A DNA stretch of 64,000 nucleotides, taken from the IMG/VR virus record IMGVR_UViG_3300037467_001050, positions 58,895 through 122,894 of that record; one strand, written 5' to 3'. Source of the DNA: a virus. Positions 26,878 through 38,400 of this stretch are shown piece by piece; the stretch's first letter is position 1, and every line of letters begins with the position of its first letter. The notes below the pieces were generated by a model that worked only from the letters and a program-made list of their open reading frames with translations, had not been told where the DNA came from and did no database searches. A program made the position numbers and the translations under genes.

Positions 26878-27156
26878 TCAGGCGGGGGCGTTGATCTGAG
26901 CCGCCATGGCCGTGATAGTGTGCCGGGCTGTCTCTAGCTCGGCCTGCAACCGGGCGTTCTCCGACCGCTCATGCTTCAGCTTGCCATCAAGCTCGCTGAT
27001 GCGGTCCGCAACGGCCCTGTCAACGTCCCCAACTTGCGCGGCGCGTAGGGAGGAGATTTCGGCAATGGCGTCGGTAATGCAATCCCCGGCTGCTCTGAAG
27101 CCCGAAGACTTCAATATGCGCCGGACCTCGACCAAGTGCTCTAACAGGTCTGCCAT
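26878..27156 (-). CDS. Hypothetical coiled-coil protein (paralog of 26522-26824)
   Basis: AIAEISSLRAAQVG. Confidence 0.55.
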   Translation of the reverse strand: MADLLEHLVEVRRILKSSGFRAAGDCITDAIAEISSLRAAQVGDVDRAVADRISELDGKLKHERSENARLQAELETARHTITAMAAQINAPA

Positions 27157-27209
27157 TGCTTGCCGCCCTCCTTAATTACTTGCCGAAATATCCGCAATCC
27201 CATCCGCCA

Positions 27210-27413
27210 TCAGGCGGTGGCCGCTTCGTCGTCCTGTCCGGCCGTCAGGTACAAGCCAGCCGGGCCCTCGTGATCTTCAAGGGTGATGCGCGGCACGAAG
27301 CCCTTGGCGAGGCACCGCTCAACCAGTTCGCGAAGGCCAAGGTCAGCGATCTGCTCGTCTGTCATCCCGAGGACGCGGTTCCATTCCGGGTCCACGTAGA
27401 GGTGATCAGCCAT
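27210..27413 (-). CDS. Hypothetical protein
   Basis: 67-aa ORF. Confidence 0.5.
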   Translation of the reverse strand: MADHLYVDPEWNRVLGMTDEQIADLGLRELVERCLAKGFVPRITLEDHEGPAGLYLTAGQDDEAATA

Positions 27414-27455
27414 CGTATTCCCTCTGCTAAACCGTTCGAGTGCTACCGTCTCCGT

Positions 27456-27719
27456 CTAACCGGCCTCTGCTCCAGCGACGGCATGGTCTAGGCGCATCCA
27501 GTCCTGCGTGGTTAGGTTTCCGGTGCTGATCGACACGTCGCCGTTGTCGTTGAACACACACGCCGAGAACGGCCGAGCGGCCTCGCGCAGCTCGGCAATG
27601 TCGGCCTCAAGCTCTGCGATATAGGCCAACCTCGCATCGAGCGAGTTGTCCAGCACTTGGTTAAGGCCGCGCAGGTGCTCCACCTGCCCGGTATCGGGGT
27701 GCTCAAAGATGTCCATCAT
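27456..27719 (-). CDS. Hypothetical protein
   Basis: GGAGG RBS, MMDIFEHP. Confidence 0.5.
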   Translation of the reverse strand: MMDIFEHPDTGQVEHLRGLNQVLDNSLDARLAYIAELEADIAELREAARPFSACVFNDNGDVSISTGNLTTQDWMRLDHAVAGAEAG

Positions 27720-27735
27720 GTCCTCCCTGGTATGG
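27719..27735 (-). repeat. 17-bp exact repeat (copy 2) containing the RBS
   Basis: TGTCCTCCCTGGTATGG. Confidence 0.8.
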
Positions 27736-27756
27736 CGGAAATCCCAGAAATCGAAC

Positions 27757-27990
27757 TCACCGAGGATGGTCGGGGCACAGGTCGCCCGCGCAGTCGGGCG
27801 AAATGCACATGGACGGGCAGCGGCAGAAGTTGTCGGCCGGCAGGTCGCCCTTCTTCCGAGCGTAGGCCTCCTCGCGCATGTCATCGAAGGCCTCCTTGCA
27901 CGTCGCTGAGCACCACGATCCGACGAAGCTCTCGCTGTCGTAGGCCTGCCCGTGGATTTCGCACTTGCAGTTCACGCAGACGTTCGACAC
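27757..27990 (-). CDS. Cys-rich small protein
   Basis: CVNC, CSATC, CRCPSMC..DC..C.DH. Confidence 0.5.
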   Translation of the reverse strand: MSNVCVNCKCEIHGQAYDSESFVGSWCSATCKEAFDDMREEAYARKKGDLPADNFCRCPSMCISPDCAGDLCPDHPR

Positions 27991-27995
27991 TGCCG

Positions 27996-28139
27996 CTACT
28001 CCTCACCATCCGGCACGTAGCCGAGCAGGGCAGCCGCGTTGTCGGAGACGATCTCGACGGTCTCCGTCCCGTCGGGCCACTGGATGGTGAGCGCCCAGTC
28101 GCCGGTCAGCGTATTCGCGGCCTCGATGATCTTGTGCAT
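27996..28139 (-). CDS. Small hypothetical protein (47 aa)
   Basis: MHKIIEAAN...GEE*; GAGGAG RBS. Confidence 0.45.
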   Translation of the reverse strand: MHKIIEAANTLTGDWALTIQWPDGTETVEIVSDNAAALLGYVPDGEE

Positions 28140-28162
28140 GGTCAGCTCTCCTCTCGGCCTGC

Positions 28163-31582
<3,420 letters not shown>

Positions 31583-31595
31583 AGGGATCCTTGGT

Positions 31596-31802
31596 TCAGG
31601 CTGCTTGCTGGGTTTCGCGCTCGATGATGCGGGCCACGAGCGCCTCATCGAGGTCCGAGGCCGGCTCGGCGCCGATCTCGATCCTCTGCTCGTCCTCGTC
31701 CCAGACGAGGATCGGCACCATGTCGATGCCGAAGATTTTCTTGACCTTGTCGACGTAGGCGTCGGCGATGCGCTTGGCCCGGCCCTTCGTGTCGTAGTTC
31801 AT
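31596..31802 (-). CDS. Hypothetical protein
   Basis: MNYDTKGRAKRIAD; start codon uncertain. Confidence 0.45.
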   Translation of the reverse strand: MNYDTKGRAKRIADAYVDKVKKIFGIDMVPILVWDEDEQRIEIGAEPASDLDEALVARIIERETQQAA

Positions 31803-31861
31803 CGGCAGGCCCTCGAGGTAGGACACCTGCCGAGCACACTCCCTGGCGAGGCCCGTGAGCG

Positions 31862-32113
31862 TCAGGTCGTGGGAGGCCAGTCGACGTGGATTTGGTTCAA
31901 CTCCATTGCCTCCCGCAGGTACTGGATCCACTGCTCGTCACGCTCCCTGAGACGGGCCTGGATCAGCTGCTCCACGGCCTCGGTGATGGCCTCTGCGGCC
32001 TCGATGGAGAAGGGCGCCACGCCGAATGGCGACCGAGACTGAAGAAGGGTTCGCGAGAGAGCGCGAGCCCGTCGGAACGCCTCGGTGGCGGCATGTGCAA
32101 GCAGGCTGGCCAT
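31862..32113 (-). CDS. Hypothetical protein
   Basis: The start codon lies within the AATGCAAATG half-site. Confidence 0.45.
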   Translation of the reverse strand: MASLLAHAATEAFRRARALSRTLLQSRSPFGVAPFSIEAAEAITEAVEQLIQARLRERDEQWIQYLREAMELNQIHVDWPPTT

Positions 32114-32127
32114 TTGCATTTTATTAC

Positions 32128-32141
32128 TTGCATTCCTGCAA
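32128..32141 (-). promoter_or_regulatory. Repeated motif TTGCAGGAATGCAA (perfect copy)
   Basis: Reads TTGCATTCCTGCAA on the + strand. Confidence 0.75.
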
Positions 32142-32152
32142 ACGCGCAAGCG

Positions 32153-32464
32153 TCAAGCAGCGTTCCGTGCTGAGAGGCCGTGCTCTTCGCGCCACGCCCG
32201 GGCCTTGGGCAGGAGATCCTTGTCGATCACCTTCTCCTCGTCGGGCTCGAGCATGGCCTGGACGAGCAGCGCGTCCGCCAACCTCGATTGGCAGACCTCG
32301 TTTTTCGTCGGGACGCAGCCCTGTGTCATGTCGGCTCGGATCTCGAAGAGCTCGGCCTCCTCGCCGAACACGGCCGCGATCTGTTCCCGCGGAAGACTAG
32401 CTTCCAACCCACACTTCGTGCAGACGATCCTCACTTCGGGGAGCGGCCAGTCCTTCAAATTCAT
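32153..32464 (-). CDS. Hypothetical Zn-ribbon protein (Methylobacterium-type)
   Basis: VRIVCTKCG...FG...GC...C. Confidence 0.6.
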   Translation of the reverse strand: MNLKDWPLPEVRIVCTKCGLEASLPREQIAAVFGEEAELFEIRADMTQGCVPTKNEVCQSRLADALLVQAMLEPDEEKVIDKDLLPKARAWREEHGLSARNAA

Positions 32465-32681
32465 CGATCGCCCTCACCAGCATGTCGAAAATCTTCGGGT
32501 CGTAGACCCACTCGCCGCCCTGTCCGCGCCACCGGCGCCGGGACCGCCGGGACAGCTTCATCCACGGCGGGGTCTGGCGGCTGTCGAGCAGCCGGCGAAC
32601 CAGGTACCGGACGTTGAATTCCTTCCACATCCGGTCGCTGACCAGGAGGGTTTTTTCGCCCCAGATCTTCAGCTCGGTCAT
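32397..32681 (-). CDS. Hypothetical protein
   Basis: ATGA coupling to the dCMP deaminase gene. Confidence 0.45.
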   Translation of the reverse strand: MTELKIWGEKTLLVSDRMWKEFNVRYLVRRLLDSRQTPPWMKLSRRSRRRWRGQGGEWVYDPKIFDMLVRAIDEFEGLAAPRSEDRLHEVWVGS

Positions 32682-33253
32682 GCTGCGCACCCGCAGGCGG
32701 CGGCCGGCGCGTCGTCGTTCGTGGCGCCCTGCTCGTACCAGAGATCGTCCGGGGTCAGGACCGGCTTGAAGGTCCCGAGATGGCCGTCGTAGAGGTCGAT
32801 GACGATGCCTGCCTTGAGCATGTTCATCGCCGCCCAGCGCATGTTCTGAGCCCAGCGCAGGGGCACCATGTTGTTGTGGGCCACGACCCGGGTGATCTTC
32901 TTCTGGATGATCTCCGAGGCGCAGTTGCAGCACGGGGGCAGACCGGAAACGTAGATCGTGTGCCCGGCGAGGCTCTGGTCCTTCGCGAAGCCAATCGCGT
33001 TCTCCTCCGCGTGCCGGACTGTGGCGATCTTGTAGTCGCGGTCTTGGTACAGCTCGGGAGCGTCGGACAGACCCTGCGGGAAGCCGTTGAAACCGATCGA
33101 GGCCAGCGTGCGGTCCGGGCGCACGAGGACGGCGCCGATCTTCGAGGACGGATCTTTCGACCAGCTGCCGACCAGCCGGGCCATTTCCAGGAAGCGCAGA
33201 TCCCACTTCGGATCCGCATCGGGCAGGATCAGGAACTTGGCGAGGTCCAGCAT
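32678..33253 (-). CDS. dCMP deaminase
   Basis: SKDPSSKIGAV, GFNGFPQG, HAEEN, PCCNC Zn motifs. Confidence 0.93.
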   Translation of the reverse strand: MLDLAKFLILPDADPKWDLRFLEMARLVGSWSKDPSSKIGAVLVRPDRTLASIGFNGFPQGLSDAPELYQDRDYKIATVRHAEENAIGFAKDQSLAGHTIYVSGLPPCCNCASEIIQKKITRVVAHNNMVPLRWAQNMRWAAMNMLKAGIVIDLYDGHLGTFKPVLTPDDLWYEQGATNDDAPAAACGCAA

Positions 33254-33255
33254 GG

Positions 33256-33699
33256 TCAGGCTCCGATGAGCGTCATCTGATCGGGATGGGTGGACGTGCG
33301 GCGTGAGGCACGGCGCGCGACGATCTCGCGGCTCTCTGCGAGCCTCTGCAGATCCAGCCGGGCGGATTGCTGCGGCTGGCTGCGCCTGCGGACTCGGGTG
33401 CAGCCCCTCGCCAGGACGCGGGTGCCGCGCAGACCTAAGGGCTCCATCACCAGCCGGAGGTTGGCCGGCTTCCACTCCTTGCCGCTCTGGGTCCGGTAGC
33501 CGAGCTCGTTGATGATCGCCGTGATCTGCCGGTAGGTCATTCCGGGCTTGTGGTGGTGCTTGAGCGCCTGCTCCAGCGTCATCGGCTTCCGCTGGCGCGG
33601 GGGAGGGGGCTCATGAACGGGCTCTGCGGGCTGCTGGATCGGTGCGCGTGACGGCGCCTCGATCGCTCTGACGACGGCCTTGAGGATGCGACGGAGCAA
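33256..33699 (-). CDS. Protein with a stand-alone recombinase-type DNA-binding HTH
   Basis: TYRQITAIINELGYRTQSGKEWKPANL. Confidence 0.6.
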   Translation of the reverse strand: MLRRILKAVVRAIEAPSRAPIQQPAEPVHEPPPPRQRKPMTLEQALKHHHKPGMTYRQITAIINELGYRTQSGKEWKPANLRLVMEPLGLRGTRVLARGCTRVRRRSQPQQSARLDLQRLAESREIVARRASRRTSTHPDQMTLIGA

Positions 33700-33701
33700 G
33701 A

Positions 33702-34388
33702 TCAGGCTTCCTTTCCGGTTGCGTGGTTGTAGCCGCTGGAGTCGATGCAGGCGGGCAGCTTGGTGACCCGCCCGGCAGCGATGACCTCGGCGATCAGGTC
33801 CTGCTCGGTCTTGCCGGCGGGTGGTGGCGGGAGAGAGCGCTTCCGCCGGGTCGGGATGGTGCCGAAGTTCTCGACGAAGCTGCCCTTGGCAGGCGGGGAG
33901 GCATCGGGCGTCCGCATCGAGCGGAACGAGCCGCCCGAGCTCTTCAGGCCCAGCCGGTCGAAGGTCTTCACGAGTGTGGCGGCATAGAACTTGCCGCCAC
34001 GTTCGGTCTTGATCCCGCGGTTGTTCAGCTCGGTGGCGATGCCATTGAGGGTCGTGGTCCCGCCCTCGAAGATCTCGATGATCGTGGCGTCGAGCGGATC
34101 CGGGGCCGGCGGCGCCTCCGGGAGGCGCTCTTCGATTTCAGCCTCAGGGGTCGGTTCGACTGCTGCGGGCAGGATCGCTGCAGCTGGAGAGAGCAGGATC
34201 TTCGGTTCGAGCTTCACCTGGGTCAGGGCTGCGAGCGGCTTCATCCACTCCGGAAGCTCTCCGGTTGCCGGCTCGTAGTCGGGTTCGCGCGTCTCGCCGA
34301 GGCCGTCCGCGATGCGCTCCAGGGCGTCAGCGATGCGCCCGACATTGGCGAAGAAGGGTGTCAGATCCACCGCCGTCCCCATTAGCAT
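33702..34388 (-). CDS. Protein with a stand-alone recombinase-type DNA-binding HTH
   Basis: TLNGIATELNNRGIKTERGGKFYAATL. Confidence 0.65.
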   Translation of the reverse strand: MLMGTAVDLTPFFANVGRIADALERIADGLGETREPDYEPATGELPEWMKPLAALTQVKLEPKILLSPAAAILPAAVEPTPEAEIEERLPEAPPAPDPLDATIIEIFEGGTTTLNGIATELNNRGIKTERGGKFYAATLVKTFDRLGLKSSGGSFRSMRTPDASPPAKGSFVENFGTIPTRRKRSLPPPPAGKTEQDLIAEVIAAGRVTKLPACIDSSGYNHATGKEA

Positions 34389-34404
34389 TTTAGATCATAA
34401 GCCG

Positions 34405-34815
34405 TTAGCATTCCTGCAAGCGTTCGACAAGGCCTGTATGGTCGACGGTCAGAACCTCCATCCTCGCGCGTTGAGCGCGCTCGATCATGTCGGCCGTTCC
34501 TTCGTTACCAGGAAGGGCCACCAGCGCGCCGGGCCTCCAGCGGGTGATCATGGCCTGGTTGCGCATCCGACCAGCCATCGCCCGACCCCAGCGCGCCCAG
34601 TCCGCCGGCATGGTCTCGTAGGGCACGCCGCGGGCGATCGCCCATTGCAGCCCCCACCAGTCCCCGCCACCGACGGTCTTGCCCTTCACCCGGCTGCGCT
34701 GTCCGCCCTCGATCACGCCGCAGATGCCGCCCAGCATCACGTCGGCCTGATCGAGAGCCCGCATCGCCATCTCGCCATCGGTGAAGTCGCGCCCGCCGGC
34801 GACGATGGTGATCAT
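34405..34815 (-). CDS. SLOG superfamily protein (DUF2493/YspA-like)
   Basis: IVAGGRDF, IEGG, G.D, ADW..WG..AG..RN..M, LPG..GTADMI. Confidence 0.85.
   Translation of the reverse strand: MITIVAGGRDFTDGEMAMRALDQADVMLGGICGVIEGGQRSRVKGKTVGGGDWWGLQWAIARGVPYETMPADWARWGRAMAGRMRNQAMITRWRPGALVALPGNEGTADMIERAQRARMEVLTVDHTGLVERLQEC
34406..34419 (-). promoter_or_regulatory. Repeated motif variant TTGCAGGAATGCTA
   Basis: One mismatch; the AAAATGCTAAT half-site at the 19-nt spacing contains the start codon of 33702-34388. Confidence 0.7.
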
Positions 34816-35231
34816 CGCCAGTTCATGTCGGAGAATGAGACCCGCATCTGCAGCTGGTCGTCGTTCTGTATGCTTGCAGCGGACGCTGGGTCCAGGAGCC
34901 ACCCAGCGAGCCGAGCGCGATCCTCGACATCCCAGATGAGCCATCGGCGCTGCTCGTGCTGATACAGCCCGTCGCGACCATAGCCGTCCGGCGTGGTGAC
35001 ATAAAAGTCGCCAGCGACGTGATCCGGGCCCGGCTTCCAGAAAGCGCCGAAGGTGTCGGAGCTGCGCAGCTGCGGCATCAACTCGGCAACGACGAAGTCG
35101 TTCGGCTCGCCGTGCTCGGGTAGGAAGCCGCCTAGGATCTGGAGGCCATCATGGATGTTCCCGCCGCCCAACTCCTGGAAGATCGTCCCGACCGGCAGCG
35201 TCTTGAACTCGGCCCAGCTGACGACCCGCAT
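34812..35231 (-). CDS. Hypothetical protein
   Basis: Coupled ORF, 139 aa. Confidence 0.55.
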   Translation of the reverse strand: MRVVSWAEFKTLPVGTIFQELGGGNIHDGLQILGGFLPEHGEPNDFVVAELMPQLRSSDTFGAFWKPGPDHVAGDFYVTTPDGYGRDGLYQHEQRRWLIWDVEDRARLAGWLLDPASAASIQNDDQLQMRVSFSDMNWR

Positions 35232-35530
35232 CAGTTCGGCCTCCGCTGCTGATTGTTTAGCTCGGCCGACAGCTCCCGCATCAGCCGGACTGCCTCGCTG
35301 CTGAAGCCAGGCCTGCCGGTCTCGGAGCGCTTGATCAGACCCACCAGCATCGCCTGCAGGGCCATTGCCTGCATCTCGTCGATCTCGACCGGGTGCGTCT
35401 TGAAGGGTGTCCGCAGGCCCTCGATCGTCTGCGCCGCATCGGGCTTGCCCAGCTGCAGAGCCGAGTTGGAGATCATGCCGAGCAGGTCGTCGAACAGAGC
35501 GGCGTCGGTGGCCTTCATCGTGATCTTCAT
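35231..35530 (-). CDS. Hypothetical protein
   Basis: GGAG RBS, MKITMK. Confidence 0.5.
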   Translation of the reverse strand: MKITMKATDAALFDDLLGMISNSALQLGKPDAAQTIEGLRTPFKTHPVEIDEMQAMALQAMLVGLIKRSETGRPGFSSEAVRLMRELSAELNNQQRRPN

Positions 35531-35534
35531 GGGG

Positions 35535-35927
35535 TCACTCCAGGATGCACCGCCACTCGGGCGGCAGGATGCAGTTGTCGGACGCGCCACGGAACAGCGG
35601 CGCGATCTGGTCATGGGTGTAGCCGGCAAGCCCGGTACCGATCGGGGTCACCTTGAACAGCAGGTTCGGATGGCTCTCTGCGAAGAGCAGGAAGCGGACG
35701 ACATGCCACTCGATCTCCCACAATGGGAGGGTAGTCAGTGGGCCGGTCCGGCCTCCGCGCTTGGTCGGGATGGCGTAGCTGAAGCCCTGAAGGCCCTCGT
35801 CCTGCCCGTAGATTGCCCCGTGGTTCTGGACAGCGAAAAGGGCAGCGCCCTTGCCGTGTCTCCCGTGGGGCTTGTTCGAGCCGAAGACGAATATGTCGCG
35901 TCCGACGTGCCCGTAGTCGGAGTTCAC
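35535..35927 (-). CDS. A1S_2505-like phage protein (macrodomain-like)
   Basis: IFVFGSN..GRHGKGAA, GLQG.SYAIPT, F.VT.IGTGLAG. Confidence 0.8.
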   Translation of the reverse strand: MNSDYGHVGRDIFVFGSNKPHGRHGKGAALFAVQNHGAIYGQDEGLQGFSYAIPTKRGGRTGPLTTLPLWEIEWHVVRFLLFAESHPNLLFKVTPIGTGLAGYTHDQIAPLFRGASDNCILPPEWRCILE

Positions 35928-36766
35928 TGGACGACGCCGACTGTCGCTTCCTCGGTTTCAGGGTTGGCGGCGTCGAACACCACCGCTACCCGGTTCTTCA
36001 CCGTCACGAATGGCGGCATCTCGAGGCAGGCCACATCCGAGCGCATCAGCTTGGCGCCAGGCTCAGGCCGGAACTTCTCCGGGATCGCAGCCCGCTCCTC
36101 CTCCGTCAGCTCCCGCTCGCCTGAAACGCGCCGCAGGTAGGTCCCGCGCTTGAAGAAGACGGGATAGGCATCGAAGTCGACACCGGCCTCTCTGAGCATC
36201 GCGCGCATGCCATCGACCGAAACACCGTGCAGCTGCTTCGCCGAGAAGTGGTGAAAGGCCGCCATGCTGACGGCGTTGCGGGTCGCATCGAACTCGCGCC
36301 ACAGGAAGGCGTTCGCACCTTCCTCGCGGCTCGGCAGGTTGAAGACGCGGGCATCGAAGTGCGGCAGGCGACTGGCGTAGGCAGCGAACTCGGGGTCGTG
36401 GAAGGTTGCCACTGTCCGGCCGAATGACGCGGTCGCCAACCCGGCGAGCACCGAGCACAGCTTCTGCACCTTGGCGTCGAAGAACATCTGCGAGCCCGGC
36501 ACGTCGGCAGGAACGTGCCAGATCAACGAGATCTCGTCGGACTGGGTGTAGCCGAGCCGCGCGCCTGCCTCCCTGATCAGGTGGCGGGTGGTCTCCCGCA
36601 TGGCGAATGACATGCGCTCGTCGAAGGGCCGGCGCATCCCGCGCGTGAACCGCGAGAAGCCGCGCCCATCGATGCGGGCGTAGACGGGCAGGTGCGGGTC
36701 GAGGCGGCGGCCGGTCTCGACGGCCTCGTACCCCTTCAGTCGATCCCCAAACGGATCCTTGCTCAC
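35924..36766 (-). CDS. thg1: tRNA(His) guanylyltransferase Thg1-like 3'-5' polymerase
   Basis: ARIDGRGFSRFT, YTQSDEISL, KL.SV.AG, FDARVFNLP, WR..DA.RN, FKRGT. Confidence 0.92.
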   Translation of the reverse strand: MSKDPFGDRLKGYEAVETGRRLDPHLPVYARIDGRGFSRFTRGMRRPFDERMSFAMRETTRHLIREAGARLGYTQSDEISLIWHVPADVPGSQMFFDAKVQKLCSVLAGLATASFGRTVATFHDPEFAAYASRLPHFDARVFNLPSREEGANAFLWREFDATRNAVSMAAFHHFSAKQLHGVSVDGMRAMLREAGVDFDAYPVFFKRGTYLRRVSGERELTEEERAAIPEKFRPEPGAKLMRSDVACLEMPPFVTVKNRVAVVFDAANPETEEATVGVVQ

Positions 36767-37167
36767 GCTGCCTTCTCCATACCAAGAGCCAATCGGATGA
36801 TTGAGATTGCCTCGCGCATCTTCGCAGGCGTCAGCTGCACCGGCCCGTTCGTGCTTGGGTGTGGCGTCAGGTACGCCAATGCGCGTTCAAGCTCGCTGCG
36901 ATCAGGCGGACCTTCAGGGAACATCTCGTCAGGGCTCGCCAGCTTCCCGTCCTGATCGAACAGGAGGAAGTTGCCATTGCGGGTGTCGACGCGCAGCTGC
37001 ACGTACTTGAACCGCCACGGTCCGGAGACCCAATGGTAACGGCGCAGGCGCTCGATGAATGACGGCAGGTTCCGATACCAGCGGTTGAGCCGGATCCCAT
37101 TGTTCGGCCACGTCGGCGGATCTGGATCGACGTAGAGAGTGTCGTTCTGCATTCTCAAATCCTCCAA
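36763..37167 (-). CDS. Hypothetical protein
   Basis: GTGA coupling. Confidence 0.55.
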   Translation of the reverse strand: MEDLRMQNDTLYVDPDPPTWPNNGIRLNRWYRNLPSFIERLRRYHWVSGPWRFKYVQLRVDTRNGNFLLFDQDGKLASPDEMFPEGPPDRSELERALAYLTPHPSTNGPVQLTPAKMREAISIIRLALGMEKAA

Positions 37168-37296
37168 GCCCAGCCGATCACCCCTCCGAGAAAAGCCCCG
37201 GCAACGAACACCGCAGTGCTCGCTCCGAGGCTTCCGTCGAACAGGACGATCGCGATGATGATGCCGTCGACCATCCCGCCGACGGCGCCGGTCATG
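37155..37296 (-). CDS. Small two-TM membrane protein
   Basis: GAVGGMVDGIIIAIVLF...FLGGVIGWAW; start codon uncertain. Confidence 0.35.
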
Positions 37297-37327
37297 AGAC
37301 CGCTCAGGCGGTCGTCATGCTCCGAGT

Positions 37328-37573
37328 TCAGTGCCGGTCGAACCGGCGCGACGAGCGGCTCATGGTGTCGGCGTTCCGCTGCGCCCGATCCTCCCGCAGG
37401 TTCCGCTCGTGCTCGATCTGCTCCATGCGGCGCAGGCTCTCGGCCTGCCGCTCCTGAGCCCGGGCCGCGTCGCGCAGGGCGTTCTCGGCTCGTGGGCTCT
37501 CGTAGTAGGGCTGGGCTGCTACAGGCAGCGTCAGGATGACCAGAGAGAAACCGGCTGCGATTGCATTCCTCAT
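37328..37573 (-). CDS. Small secreted protein
   Basis: Signal peptide MRNAIAAGFSLVILTLPVAA. Confidence 0.6.
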   Translation of the reverse strand: MRNAIAAGFSLVILTLPVAAQPYYESPRAENALRDAARAQERQAESLRRMEQIEHERNLREDRAQRNADTMSRSSRRFDRH

Positions 37574-37576
37574 CGT

Positions 37577-37590
37577 TTGACTTCCTGCAA
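37577..37590 (-). promoter_or_regulatory. Repeated motif variant TTGCAGGAAGTCAA
   Basis: Two mismatches; a partial second copy GGAATGCAA lies at 37561-37569. Confidence 0.6.
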
Positions 37591-37626
37591 ATAAGTGAGA
37601 AAAATTTCAGGGCTGCCGAGACCATC

Positions 37627-37857
37627 TCAGCAACCCTCATCCTCCCGTGCCGCCAGCTTGCGCACCAGCGACTCGATGGTCTCATTAACGGGCAGGTCGA
37701 CAGGTCGTTCCATCGTCATGCTCACAAGGCACCCGACCCCGGGGCCGTTCATCACCAAGACCGCCAGCTCGTCCATGTCGTCGACCGCGAACTCGACGTC
37801 GAGGGTGCCGAACTCCTCGGAGCGGTACACCAGCTTCGCAACCCAAGCCTTCATCAT
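37627..37857 (-). CDS. Hypothetical protein
   Basis: MMKAWVAKLVY. Confidence 0.5.
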   Translation of the reverse strand: MMKAWVAKLVYRSEEFGTLDVEFAVDDMDELAVLVMNGPGVGCLVSMTMERPVDLPVNETIESLVRKLAAREDEGC

Positions 37858-38153
37858 CCCCGCCTTTTGTTCCGCCTTTGTTCTCGTAACACGCACCTCA
37901 CGTTCCGTCGACGCACTAGGTGCAAAATCCTCTGGAAAATTGCATTCTCAGAGAAGCTGAGCCGTTTGCATTTTCGTCGTTTCCAGACGTGTCTGCAAAC
38001 CGCTCTAGCAGACGCTCGCGGGGCCGTGAAGACCAAAACACGGTTAATGGTGTCCAATTCCTGACCATTGAGTGAGGCTGGAGGAACGCACACGGTGCGT
38101 CGAAGCGTTCCCTGATTGACGGCCCACGCGAGGCCGTCAGGCCGCACACCAGA

Positions 38154-38389
38154 CGTAGTGGTGTGGGAAACGGTGTGGGAACGGCGACCCCGCGCCAGGT
38201 TCAATCTGATAAACCACTGATCAATCGATAGATTTTCACTTCAGCTCTTTGTCGAGCCAGACCGGCATGAACGGCATCTGAACCCCGATCTCCGTGAACG
38301 TCACAGCGTAAAGGACGCTGAGCGACCACGTTTGCCGACATTTGTTCTCGTTCCGTCCCGTCGTAGTGGTGTGGAAGTGGTGTGGGAAC
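38154..38389. mobile_element. attP: attP: paired arm-type direct repeats flanking a core
   Basis: GGTGTGGGAA at 38160-38169, 38172-38181 and 38379-38388, GGTGTGGAAG at 38368-38377; an AT-rich IHF-like segment at 38200-38240; a central imperfect inverted repeat at 38258-38280; immediately downstream of int. Confidence 0.75.
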
Positions 38390-38400
38390 TCGTCGCTCAC
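38236..38400 (-). CDS. 54-aa ORF across attP carrying an HcaT-like MFS transporter TM1 (putative replacement 5' end of the attB gene)
   Basis: The GTG start overlaps the integrase TGA; WSLSVLYAVTFTEIGVQMPFMPVWL aligns with HcaT RWLALGYFTYFFSYGIFLPFWSVWL (recalled sequence). Confidence 0.5.
   Translation of the reverse strand: MSDEFPHHFHTTTTGRNENKCRQTWSLSVLYAVTFTEIGVQMPFMPVWLDKELK

Noticed and set aside
38201-38341. 46-codon ORF MSANVVAQ... across attP
   Set aside because: No good RBS and no recognisable similarity; the alternative frame with the MFS-like segment is better supported
38154-38389. CRISPR mini-array suggested by the GGTGTGGGAA repeats
   Set aside because: The repeats are only 10 bp and paired, with no regular spacers; their position fits integrase arm sites
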